Positions 1 to 10,020 of a stretch of DNA of 27,180 bases are shown piece after piece (within the stretch, counting starts at the first letter, position 1; each line of letters starts with the position of its first letter). The notes under the pieces are model-generated. The model saw only the letters and a program-made list of their open reading frames with translations, ran no database searches and was not told where the DNA came from. The translations under genes and the position numbers were made by a program. The stretch covers positions 4,374,314-4,401,493 of the forward strand of contig NC_057757.1 in NCBI RefSeq assembly GCF_004010195.1, given 5' to 3'. This DNA is from Chiloscyllium plagiosum (Eukaryota).

Positions 1-143
1 CTGTCGGAATGTAAGCTGGTGTTGTGTGATTTCTGACTCTGATAACACACATACTTATTCCTTGACCAGTAGCTTCATAGACAAGGGCTTTATTTCATTA
101 ATTTTGAAGAACTAATGGGAGGAAATTAAACAGAAAACTTTAC

Positions 144-167
144 CATAACCGCCATAATCTCCGGGAC
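144..167 (-). CDS. Micro-exon (24 nt), encodes GPGDYGGY; gene continues beyond the window start
   Basis: cttggctcctcag|GTCCCGGAGATTATGGCGGTTATG|gtaaag, phase 1-1. Differs in length from the 1405-1422 paralog by an in-frame 6 nt. Confidence 0.72.
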
Positions 168-670
168 CTGAGGAGCCAAGAGAGATTTGAGTTAATGTTG
201 TCATGGAGATTGGTTTTGGAATCTACATGTTCAGCCACACAATCAGTTTGACAATGGTTCATGTCCAAAGATTTCAACTTGACGTTGCTCATTCAAAATT
301 CAAAATGGACTCCACCTTTCGAAATTAGTTTCTTTCAATTTATTGATCCTTCCCCTTCGCTCAGATAAATATCGAACTCTTGAGGGAAGTGATATTCTGG
401 ATTGTGGTATCTCCCTCAAATCATGGGGGAGTCACGGAAGGGTGATGGGAGAGACAGCTATCCCCAAAAGCAGGAATGATCAAAGCTCAATTCTTCCTGT
501 GGTCGGTAGCTAATTCACTCAATTTAATTGTCAATTTGCAGTCGGTTCCCACTCCACCTTCACCCTCAAACCTCTACTGCCAGCATTTCCCTAAACCCCC
601 AAACTCTACTGCCAGCATTTCATCAGCATCAGAATGATCCCCAAAATCTTTATACCCAATGTTGATGCAG

Positions 671-970
671 TGGCATGGTGGCTCCATGGTTAGTGCTGCT
701 GCCTCATAGTGCCTGGAACCCATGTGTGATTCCAACCTCAGGTGAATGTCTGTGTGATGCTTGTGCATTTTCCCTGTGTCTGCGTGTGTTTCCTCCCACT
801 GTCCAAAGATGGACAGCCTAGTGAACCTTGACCATTTTAAATTGTCCCGTAGTACCCAAGGGTATGCAGGCTAATAGCGTTAACCATGGGAGTTGCAGGG
901 ATGGATTGGGACGCTCTTTTAGGGTCAATGTGGGCTGAATGGCCTGCATCCTCACATTGAATATTCCATG
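671..970 (+). mobile_element. HE1-like V-SINE (tRNA-derived)
   Basis: tggcatggtggctccatggttagtgctgctgcctca head, V-domain-like core (tgtctgcgtgtgtttcctcccactgtccaaagat), CR1-like tail. Confidence 0.8.
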
Positions 971-1148
971 AATTCCCAGACAGAATCTGTCATTGCTATA
1001 TTCCTGCTATTGGAGTTTTGTCTTTGTAATGGTGGGCATTGTGTTTTCTGTATTATCTAAATCTTGTCATTACAGAAGCTGTGCCTGGGTACGTTTGTAT
1101 CTACGAGGAGACCCTGACCACGCCTGACCCCGTCCCCACGCCTACTTC

Positions 1149-1295
1149 TTCAACACGACACCAGGTTATAACCCAACAGGTTTATTTGAAATCACAGTCT
1201 TTCAGAGCGCTGTCTGGTGAAGTGAGTTCTCCTGATGCTTAGGTTGTGATTTCAAATAAACCTGTCGGAATGTAAGCTCGTGTTGTGTGATTTCT
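1149..1295. mobile_element. Palindromic (hairpin) Penelope-derived-like element, degenerate
   Basis: caacacgacaccaggttataacccaacaggtttatttgaaatcaca is inverted relative to tgtgatttcaaataaacctgtcggaatgtaagctcgtgttgtgtg. The right arm is repeated at 1-35. Confidence 0.6.
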
Positions 1296-1404
1296 GACTC
1301 TGATAACACACATACTTATTCCTTGACCATTAGCTTCATGGACAAGGGCTTTATTTCATTAATTTTGAAGAGCTAATGGGATGAAATTAAATAGAAAACT
1401 TTAC

Positions 1405-1422
1405 CATAACCGCCTCCGTGAC
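1405..1422 (-). CDS. Micro-exon (18 nt), encodes GHGGGY
   Basis: cttgtctcctcag|GTCACGGAGGCGGTTATG|gtaaag, phase 1-1. Confidence 0.72.
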
Positions 1423-2029
1423 CTGAGGAGACAAGAGAGATTTGAGTTAATGTTGTCATGGAGTTTGGTTTTGGAATCTACATGTTCAGCCACACAATCA
1501 GTTTGACAATGGTTCATGTCCAAAGGTTTCAACTTGACGTTGCTCATTCAAAATTCAAATGGACTCCACCTTTCGAAATTAGTTTCTTTCAATTTATTGA
1601 TCCTTCCCCTTCGCTCAGATAAATATCGAACTCTTGAGGGAAGTGATAGTCTGGATTGTAGTATCTCCCTCAAATCATGGGGGAGTCACGGAAGGGTAAC
1701 GGGATAGACAGGTGCGATTTTTCCTCCCCTCCGCCTTTCCCTAAAAGCAGGAATGGTGGAACATCAATGCTTCCTGAGGTTGGTAGCTAATTCACTCAAT
1801 TTAATGGCCAATTTGCAGTCATTTCCACCCCTTGTGATGGGAGAGACAGCTATCCCCAAAAGCAGGAATGGTAAAAGCTCAATTCTTCCTGTGGTCGGTC
1901 GCTAATTCACTCAGTTTAACGGCCAATTTGCAATCGTTTCCCGCTCCCCCTTCACCCCCAAACCTCTATTGCCAACATTTCATCAGCATCAGGATGATCC
2001 CCAATATCTTTACACCCAGAGTCAATGGG

Positions 2030-2330
2030 GTGGCATGGTGGTTAGCACTGCTACCACCCAGTGCCAGGGGCCTGGGTTCTATTCCAGCCTTGGGCAACTG
2101 TCTGTGTGGAGTATGCGCATTCTGCCCATGAACGGGGAGAATCTGGCCCTATGGGTTTCCTCCTGTAGTGCAGAGATGTACAGGTTAGTGTGTACTGGCC
2201 GTGTTATAGAGTCCAGCGATGTGCGGGCTAGGTTGGGTTAGCCATGGGAAATACAGAGTAGGGGAGAGGGATGCTCTACAAAGGGTTGGTATGGACTGAA
2301 TGGCCTGCTTCCACATTGTAGGCATTCTAA
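2030..2330 (+). mobile_element. HE1-like V-SINE
   Basis: tggcatggtggttagcactgct...gggttctattccagccttgggcaactgtctgtgtggag; tail gactgaatggcctgcttccacattgtagg. Confidence 0.8.
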
Positions 2331-2540
2331 GTGGCAGTTTGTTGCAAAATTGTAGTCTGTTGCAATCCTCAGATCTCAAGAAAACAATACTGACCCTGGT
2401 GGAACATCCTGCACATTCATGCTGTTGTATAAGGTTAAGAATTTATCTGTCAACAGCATCTTTTATTTCATTTATCTATCTGCACTCATTCCTTATAGAA
2501 AAACCAAGTCTCTTAGATGAAAAACACAATACGTTTGCAC

Positions 2541-2630
2541 ATTCCTGATGAAGAGCTTATGCTCGAAACATCGATTCTCCTGCTCCTCGAATGCTGCCTG
2601 ACTGGCTGTGCTTTTCCAGCACCACGATCT
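2541..2630 (+). mobile_element. Penelope-like terminal fragment with hammerhead-like core
   Basis: CTGATGA-agagcttatgctc-GAAA followed by tctcctgctcctcgaatgctgcctgactggctgtgcttttccagc, matching the termini of the 8098-9660 element. Confidence 0.65.
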
Positions 2631-2639
2631 TTGACACAG

Positions 2640-2850
2640 TTAAGAATCAACCAGACTGCTATAGATCTGGAGTCACATGTAGACTAGATAAGGATGATGG
2701 TTTCCTTCCCTAAAGGACATGAGTAAACCAGATGGGATTTTTCCTCCCGACAACGGATTCATTGTCATTAATGTTCTTTTAAAAATTATTGAATTCAAAT
2801 CTCCATGGTGGGATTCAAACCCGGGTACCCAGAACAACATCTGGATCTCT
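2640..2850 (-). mobile_element. Deu-domain-type SINE fragment
   Basis: Reverse complement of the SINEs at 17390-17620 and 19290-19570 (ctggagtcacatgtag...ccttccctaaaggacat...attcaaacccgggt). Confidence 0.55.
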
Positions 2851-3300
2851 TTACTAGGATGTTGCCAGGGTTGGAGCGTTTGAGCTGAAGGGAGAGGCTG
2901 AACAGGCTGGGGCTGTTTTCCCTGGAATGTCGGAGGCTGAGGGGTGACCTTATTGTGGTTTATAAAATCATGAGGGGCATGGATAGAATAAATAGACAAA
3001 GTCTTTTCCCTGCGGTGCAGGAGTCCAATACTAGAGGGCATAGGTTTAGGGTGAGAGGGGAAAGATTTTAAAACGATCTAAGGGTTTAACTTTTTCATGC
3101 AGAGGGTGGTGCGTGTATGGAATGAGTCACCAGAGGAAGTAGTGGAGGCTGGTGCAATTGCAGTATTTTAAAAGGCATCTGGATGGATACATGAATAGGA
3201 TGCATTTGGAGGGATATTGGCCGGGTGCTGGCAAATGATACTAGATTAGGTTCGGATATCTGATCGTCATGGATGAGTTGGACTGAGGGCTCTATGACTT
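2850..3300 (+). mobile_element. CR1 LINE 3' fragment
   Basis: Degenerate FTRMLPGLE...RLRGDLIVVYKIMRGMDR...RGHRF...WNE motifs plus 3' tail. Confidence 0.9.
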
Positions 3301-3461
3301 TATTCACTGCATGAACACTGTAACTAGGAGATCAAACTCCATGTGTAGGGTCTTGGTGTCCTGTAAGGGTTTGTGTCAATCTGAAACCAAATCTTTGATT
3401 GCTGAGTCTCTCTATCCTTATTCCTTCTGAAGAGAAAGGTCTTTTAGATTAAAGACAATAC

Positions 3462-3482
3462 CTTTATAACCATCGCCATGAC
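3462..3482 (-). pseudogene. Homologous micro-exon (21 nt, GHGDGYK) with defective acceptor
   Basis: tctcttcctcat|GTCATGGCGATGGTTATAAAG|gtattg. Exon and upstream intron resemble the exons at 1405-1422 and 144-167, but the acceptor is CAT rather than CAG. Confidence 0.55.
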
Positions 3483-3729
3483 ATGAGGAAGAGACATATT
3501 GGGTGTTAACATTGACCAGAGAGAATGAATTGGAAAACTACATTGTCAAGTATATTCGATTAAACAACTGTTCCATTTAGAATTATAAGGATTATGAGAT
3601 AGTATTATTCTTCCAACGCCTGAGTAAACAATCCTGTCCAAGTTCATTCCAGTTCAGTTCATTTATGTTTCCTCCATTTTGCAACAAATATCAAACTATC
3701 TTACACCAAGATAGGACTGACAGTTATAG

Positions 3730-4140
3730 TTATACAGCCATAGAAATGGACAGCACGGAAACAGACCCTCCAGTGCAACTTGGCCATGCCTAACCTAATC
3801 TAGTCCCATTCCTAGCATTTGTCCCATTTCCCTCTCAACCCTTCCTATTCATGTACCCATCCAGATGCCTTTTAAATGTTGTAATTGCACCAGCCTCCAC
3901 CACTTCCTCTGGCAGCTCATTCCATTCACGTACCACCCTCTGTGTGAAAATGTTGCCCCTGAGGTCTCTTTTATATCTTTCCCCTTTCACCCTAAACCTG
4001 TGTCCTCTAGTTCTGGACTCCACTGGCCCAGGGAAAGGACCTTGTCTGTTAATCTTATCCATGCCCCTCATGATTTTATAAACCTCTATAAGGTCACCCC
4101 TCGGTGTCCGTACTGCAGGGAAAACAGCCCCAGTCTGTTT
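3730..4140 (-). mobile_element. CR1 LINE 3' fragment
   Basis: ORF 3835-4191: RGDLIEVYKIMRGMDK...RTRGHRFRV...FTQRVVREWNELPEEVVEA. Confidence 0.92.
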
Positions 4141-4546
4141 GTTCAGTCCATGTCCATGTATTTTACAGTTTACTGGGATAAACACAATCAAAAGCAGTTG
4201 GGATATGATTACCTATCAGCTATGTCACCCCAAATTAGAAATGTAAAGCCATCTGGACTGGTACTGATTGGCTGAACACCCAAAGCAGTTGGCAGTTTTG
4301 AAGATTACCCATGTTCAGTTGAGTGATTAACATGCTTGGGCAATAGCTATACCAGGTGACAAACTTGGATAGCCAAGGCAAAAGGTACCCTGTCTGCTTG
4401 TGCCCCCAAGGATACCCGCTGCCATGGTTTTACAGCAGTGTTACATAACAGAATAGACTCCCCACATACAGAGAACCCACCGGACTGTTCGGACAGATTG
4501 AAACATACCAATATTGAACAGATAGTTCCAATGTTAAAATACTTAC

Positions 4547-4561
4547 CAAATGGTTCAGGGT
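4547..4561 (-). CDS. Micro-exon 2 (15 nt), encodes DPEPF
   Basis: gtttcttccacag|ACCCTGAACCATTTG|gtaagt: strong polypyrimidine acceptor, perfect donor, length a multiple of 3, phase 1-1, in frame with exon 1. Confidence 0.72.
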
Positions 4562-4620
4562 CTGTGGAAGAAACAGATATCTGTGTTAACATCGGCTGCA
4601 GAAAAACGAGTGACGATTCA

Positions 4621-5155
4621 CATTCTGTCCAGAGGCTGTGAGCTCTGTCCATGGTCTACACTGGACACTCGGAGCTCCGTCCAGAGGCTGTGAGCTCTGT
4701 CCATGGTCTACACTGGACACTCGGAGCTCCGTCCAGAGGCTGTGAGCTCTGTCCATGGTCTACACTGGACACTCGGAGCTCCGTCCAGAGGCTACGAGCT
4801 CTGTCCATGGTCTACACTGGACACTTGGAGCTCTGTCCAGAGGCTGCGAGCTCTGTCCATGGTCTACACTGGACACTCGGAGCTCCGTCCAGAGGCTGTG
4901 AGCTCTGTCCATGGTCTACACAGGACACTCAGAGCTCTCTCCAGAGGCTATGGGCTCTGTCCATGGTCTACACTGGACACTCGGAGCTCCATCCAGATGC
5001 TGCGAGCTCTGTCCATGGTCTACACTGGACACTCGGAGCTCCGTCCAGAGGCTACGAGCTCTGTCCATGGTCTACAATGGACACTCAGAGCTCCATCCAG
5101 TGGCTGCGAGCTCTGTCCATGGTCTACACTAGACAGTCGGAGCTCCGTCTAGAGG
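4621..5155. repeat. 52-bp minisatellite, ~10 copies, in intron 1 of the micro-exon gene
   Basis: Unit ctccgtccagaggctgtgagctctgtccatggtctacactggacactcggag; atggtctaca recurs at 4651, 4703 and onward. Confidence 0.95.
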
Positions 5156-5215
5156 ACTGACATTAAAAAGCTGACCACTACCAGGGGGTGAGTGGGACAG
5201 CACACTTCTACGTAC

Positions 5216-5270
5216 CTGCCATGACCACTGCCATCAGGCTGACCAGGAGGAACAGACACAGGTACTTCAT
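5216..5270 (-). CDS. Coding part of exon 1 of a putative secreted Gly/Tyr-rich micro-exon protein: signal peptide MKYLCLFLLVSLMAVVMA
   Basis: Minus strand reads acaaccATG AAG TAC CTG TGT CTG TTC CTC CTG GTC AGC CTG ATG GCA GTG GTC ATG GCA G|gtacgt. Kozak A at -3, basic N-region, hydrophobic core, V-M-A cleavage motif; 55 nt ending in a phase-1 GT donor. Confidence 0.78.
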
Positions 5271-5319
5271 GGTTGTAGTGAGTCGGGAGTCTCACGGTAA
5301 GTTGTCTGTTTGCCTCTAG

Positions 5320-5510
5320 CTGAGGTGATTTGTACACGGTGCACCCTGGGTTTATGTACACTGTCAGACCAGCCTCCTGACACCCAGCCAAGCAACACTT
5401 GGCTCCTGTCAGAGCAGCTGCCACTCTGCCCTGCCCATGAATCAGCTTCTCTGGCAGATTGGTTACGGGTCAATCAACAAATGTCAGCCAAAAGATAAGG
5501 CATTGGCCGC
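5320..5510 (-). promoter_or_regulatory. Putative core promoter of the micro-exon gene
   Basis: Minus strand: CCAAT at 5506-5502 and 5462-5458, TATA-like TACATAAA at 5358-5351, and Inr-like AATCACC about 30 nt downstream (~5326), about 55 nt before the ATG. Confidence 0.45.
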
Positions 5511-5959
5511 AGAGCAGAGGATCCTGGAAACCTTTTCCCAGCCAGCAATCCCAGGCTGTCCACCCCTCACAATACCTGGAGCTAACCCCTGAAACCAGGC
5601 TCCTGTGGAAGGTGGGGAACAGCAGTGGGTCTGTATCTGTGGTTGACTGGGACAGGACGATGGGTCTGCATAGTCAGGGAGTTGGTCAGAGCTTTGGGAG
5701 GACCTTGTTTAAATGGGGGGATTGCCTCATCATTGATGGCCTTACCTCAATCCCACCCTTTCCCAGGAATGCTTCCTTTCCCTTCAACCCAAATTCCCAT
5801 TCCTACATAGTCATTCGAAATTTAAAACAGCCCTCAAAGATTTGACACATTCACTGCCTTGATTTTGATAAGGGATCTTCTGACTAAGGAAACAATTATA
5901 CCCAGTTGCAAAACCAATTCACTCCAGAGTGTGCCCCCTCTACGCTATTTAAACAGAAA

Positions 5960-6400
5960 GTTAAGTTCCCTCTACACTGTCCCCCATCGAACACTCCCAG
6001 GACAGGGACAGTATAGGGTTAAAAACAGAGTAAAGCTCCATCTACGCTGTCCTCCATCAAACACTTCCAGCCCAGATTAGATACAGAGTAAAGCTTCCTC
6101 TACACCGTCCCCCATCAAACAATCCCAGGACATCAACAGCATGGGATTAGATACAGAGTAAAGCTTCCTCTACACTGTCCCCCATCAAACAATCCCAGAC
6201 CAGGGACAGCACCAGATTAGATACAGAGTAAAGCTTCCTCTACATTGTTCCCCATCAAACACTCTCAGGACAGGAACAGCATGGGGTTAGATAGAGAGTA
6301 AAGCCTCCTCTACATTGTTCCCCCATGAAACACTCCCAAGACAGACACAGCACGTAGATAGATATAGAGTAAAGCTCCCTCGACACTGACCCCCATCAAA
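5960..6400 (+). repeat. Dispersed ~70-bp minisatellite array
   Basis: Unit gtaaagctccctctacactgtcccccatcaaacactcccaggacagggacagcacggggttagatacaga, about 6 degenerate copies. Confidence 0.92.
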
Positions 6401-6865
6401 AATCAGTGTGCATTGGGATTCGATCCTTTCTGAATTGAAAACAATATGTCTGTCTACTCTGTCCAGTCTCCTCTTGAATGTGAAATTATTTTGTAAAATC
6501 TCCTCCCAGATGATGATCATCAGCTTGCCAATAAAATGCAACCTAAATCCCTGAATCAAATTTCCATTCGATTTTTTAAATGAACCTATGTTTTCGACCC
6601 ACCTGGTCTGAGATATTATGCCACACCTCCGGAACAAGAATGATTTGAAACCAGGCCTCCTGGTCCATGGGGTGAGGACATTACCACTGTATCACAAGAG
6701 GGCCCCCAATTTCCTTTTTTTCTCCTTCAGTGTTCTTGAGTGCATCTGATTTGGGGTCTTAACAGCTGATGATGACAGCCGGGATGTGATAGCACTGCAG
6801 AGGGGGCAGAGGAAATTTACCAGGATGTTGCCTGGGCTGGAGAGATTTACCAGAATGTTGCCCAG

Positions 6866-8050
6866 TCATAGAATCTTAGAGTCACAGAATCATAGAGATG
6901 TACACCATGAAAATAGACCCTTCGGTCCAACTCGTCCATGCTAACCAGATACCCTAAATTAATCTAGTTCCATTGGCCAGCACTTGGCCCATATCCCTCT
7001 CAACCCTTCCTATTCATGTACACATCCTGATGCCTTTTAAATATTGTAATTGTACCAGCCTCCACCACTTCCTCTGGCAGCTCATTCCATACACGCACCA
7101 CCCTCTGTGTGAAAAAGTTGCCCCTGAGATCCCTTTTAAGTTTTACCCCTCTCACCCTAAGCCTATGCCCTCTACTTCTGGTCATCCTTACCTTGGAAAA
7201 GACTTCGTTTATTTATCCTGTCCCTCATAATTTTGTAAACCTCTATAAGGTCACCCCTCAGCCTCCGACGCTCCAGGGAAAACAGCCCCAGCCTATTCAA
7301 CCTCTCCCTATAGCTCAAATCCTCCAACCCTGGCAACATCCTTGTAAATCTTTTCTGAACCCTTTCACAACATCCTTCTGATAGGAAGGAGACCAGAATT
7401 TTTTGCAATATTCCAAACATATCCTTACTAATGTCCTGTACAGCTGCAACATAGCCTCCCAATGCCTGTACTCAATGCTCTGATCAGTAAAGGAAAGCAT
7501 TCCAAACGCCTTCTTCACGATCTTATCTACCTGTGACTCCACTTTCAAGGAACTATGAACCTACACTCCAAGGTCTCTTTGTTCAGCAACACTCCCTAGG
7601 ACCTTCCCATTAAGTGTATAAGTCCTGCCCTGATTTGCCTTTCCAAAATGCAGCACCTCGCATTTATCTAAATTCAATTCCATCTGCCACTCCTCAGCCC
7701 ATTGGCCCATCTGATCAAGATCCAGTTGTAATCCAAGGTAACTTTCTTTGCTGTCCACTACACCTCCAATTTTGGTGTCATCTGCAAAATTACGAACTAT
7801 ACCTTTTATGTTCACATCCAAATCATTTATATAAATGATGAGAAGTAGTGAACTCAGCACCGATCCTTGTGGCATTCCACTGGTCACAGACCTCCAGTCT
7901 GAAAAACAACCCTCCACCACCACCCTCTGTTTTCTACCTTCGAGCCAGTTCTTATCCGAGTTTTCCCTGTACTCCATGAGATCTAACCTTGCTAACCAGT
8001 CTCCCATGGGGAAACCTTGTTGAACACCTTACTGAAGTCCATATAGATCA
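6866..8050 (-). mobile_element. CR1 LINE, RT domain to 3' end, frameshifted
   Basis: ORFs 7561-8007 (VTSGMPQGSVLS...YINDLD...FADDTK), 7315-7548 and 7000-7185. Confidence 0.95.
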
Positions 8051-8097
8051 TGCCTGGACAGATTTGCTGGGATGTTGCCTGGCCTGGAGAGTTTCAG

Positions 8098-9660
8098 AGC
8101 TGAAAATGTGTTGCTGGAAAGGCGCAGCAGGTCAGGCAGCATCCAAGGAGCAGGGGAATCGACGTTTCGGGCATGAGCCTTCTTCAGGAATGAGGAAAAT
8201 GTGTCCAGCAGGCTAAGATAAAAGGTAGGGAGGAGGGACTTGGGGGAGGGGCGTTGGAAATGCGATAAGTGGAAGGAGGTCAAGGTGAGGGTGATAGGTA
8301 GCTGTGGGAGTCGGTTGGTTTATAGTAAATGTCCGTGTTGTTTCGGTCGCCCGAGATAGAAATGGAAAGGTCTAGGAAGGAGAGGGAGGAGTCTGAGACG
8401 GTCCAGGTGAATTTGAGGTCGGGGTGGAAGGTGTTGGTAAAGTGCATGAACTGTTCAACTTCCTCGTGGGAGCACGAGGCGGCGCCGATACAGTCATCGA
8501 TGTAGCGGAGGAAAAGGTGGGGGGTGGTGCCAGTGTAGCTACGGAAGATGGACTGTTCCACATATCTGACGAAGAGGCAGGCATAGCTGGGGCCCATGCG
8601 GGTGCCCATGGCTACTCCTTTGGTTTGGAGGAAGTGGGAGGATTGGAAAGAGAAGTTGTTCAGAGTGAGGACCAGTTCAGTCAGTCGAAGGAGGGGGTCA
8701 GTGGAAGGGTACTGGTTGGTACGGCAGGAAAGGAAGAAGCGGAAGGCTTTGAGTCCTTCGTGATGGGGGATGGAGGTGTACAGGGACTGGACGTGATGGG
8801 GGATGGAGATGTACACTGTACACCTCCATCCCCCATCACGAAGGACGCAAAGCCCTCCGTTTCTTCCTTTCCCGCCGTACCAATCAGTACCCTTCCACTG
8901 ACCCCCTCCTTCGACTGACTGAACTGGTCCTCACTCTGAACAACTTCTCTTTCCAATCCTCCCACTTCCTCCAAACTTCCTTGAGCCCCGCCCCTCCAAC
9001 CGCCACCAGGACAGAACCCCATTGGTCCTCACCTACCACCCCACCAACCTCCATATACAGCGTATCATCCGCCGTCATTTCCGCCACCTCCAAACGGACC
9101 CCACCACCAGGGATATATTTCCCTCCCCTCCCCTATCAGTGTTCCGAAAAGACCACTCCCTCCGTGACTCCCTNNNNNNNNNNNNNNNNNNNNNNNNNNN
9201 NNNNNNNNNNNNNNNNNNNNNNNNNNNNNNNNNNNNNNNNNNNNNNNNNNNNNNNNNNNNNNNNNNNNNNNNNNNNNNNNNNNNNNNNNNNNNNNNNNNN
9301 NNNNNNNNNNNNNNNNNNNNNNNNNNNNNNNNNNNNNNNNNNNNNNNNNNNNNNNNNNNNNNNNNNNNNNNNNNNNNNNNNNNNNNNNNNNNNNNNNNNN
9401 NNNNNNNNNNNNNNNNNNNNNNNNNNNNNNNNNNCACCTTGACCTCCTTCCACTTATCGCATTTCCAATGCCCCTCCCCCAAGTCCCTCCTCCCTACCTT
9501 TTATCTTAGCCTGCTGGACACACTTTCCTCATTCCTGAAGAAGGCTCTTGCCCGAAACTTCGATTCTCCTGCTCCTTGGATGCTGCCTGACATGCTGCGC
9601 TTTCCCAGCAACACATTTTCAGCTCTGATCTCCAGCATCTGCAGTCCTCACTTTCTCCTG
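8098..9660. mobile_element. Penelope-like retroelement (PLE) with internal inversion and inverted termini
   Basis: Minus-strand RT 8280-8816 (QTKGVAMGTRMGPSYACLF...RYIDD...LSFLDL...YYKPTDSHSYL). Inversion centre at ~8816. Plus-strand LVLTYHP...HSLRDS at 9022-9173. 8098-8295 is inverted relative to 9436-9625. Flanked by the direct repeat cctggagagtttcag (8083-8097, 9657-9671). Confidence 0.93.
9174..9434. other. Assembly gap (N run)
   Basis: Run of n. Confidence 1.
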
Positions 9661-10020
9661 GAGAGTTTCAGCCATGAAGAGAGATTGGACAGACTGGGGT
9701 TGTTTCCCTGACAGCAGAAGAGATTGAGAGGGGGCATGAATGAGGTGGATAAAATGGTGAGGAGCATTGACAGGAAGAAACATTTCCCCTTGATGGAGGA
9801 TTAAATGATCAGGGACATAGATTGAAGGCGAGAGGCAGAAGGTTTAGAGGGGATGTGAGGAATGTTTCATCACCCAGAGGATGGTGGGAATCTGGGACTG
9901 TGAGGGTGGGAGAGGCAGAACCCATTGTTATGGGCTAAGTGCTGGTGAATGGAATCAAAATAGTTAGGTGGCTGTTTTTGACCAACATAGACTCGATGGG
10001 CTGAAGAGCCTTTTTCTGAT
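9661..10020 (+). mobile_element. Old CR1 LINE 3' fragment, continuing 8050-8097 across the PLE insertion
   Basis: ESFSHEERLDRLGLF...; tail gatgggctgaagagcctttttct. Confidence 0.8.

Larger units (their letters stand above)
1..2330. repeat. Tandem segmental duplication, period ~1260 bp, each unit carrying one micro-exon
   Basis: 1-~445 is near-identical to 1262-~1700. 440-660 matches 1833-2020, with an extra internal duplicate at ~1741-1830. Each unit is followed by a V-SINE. Confidence 0.92.

Noticed and set aside
55..111. Minus-strand acceptor-like site followed by FFKINEIKPLSMKLLVKE-stop (also in the duplicate at ~1316-1372)
   Set aside because: Only about 32 nt from the preceding donor, too short for an intron, and in the gene's phase it gives an almost immediate stop.
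4651..5160. 169-aa and 149-aa ORFs
   Set aside because: Artefacts of the 52-bp minisatellite.
144..5270. Assignment of the micro-exon gene to the SCPP family, elastin or collagen
   Set aside because: SCPP introns are phase 0 and these are phase 1. There are no Gly-X-Y triplets and no VPG/KA elastin motifs in the visible part.
5149..5424. 91-aa minus-strand ORF
   Set aside because: Overlaps the signal-peptide exon in a different frame and has no recognisable features.
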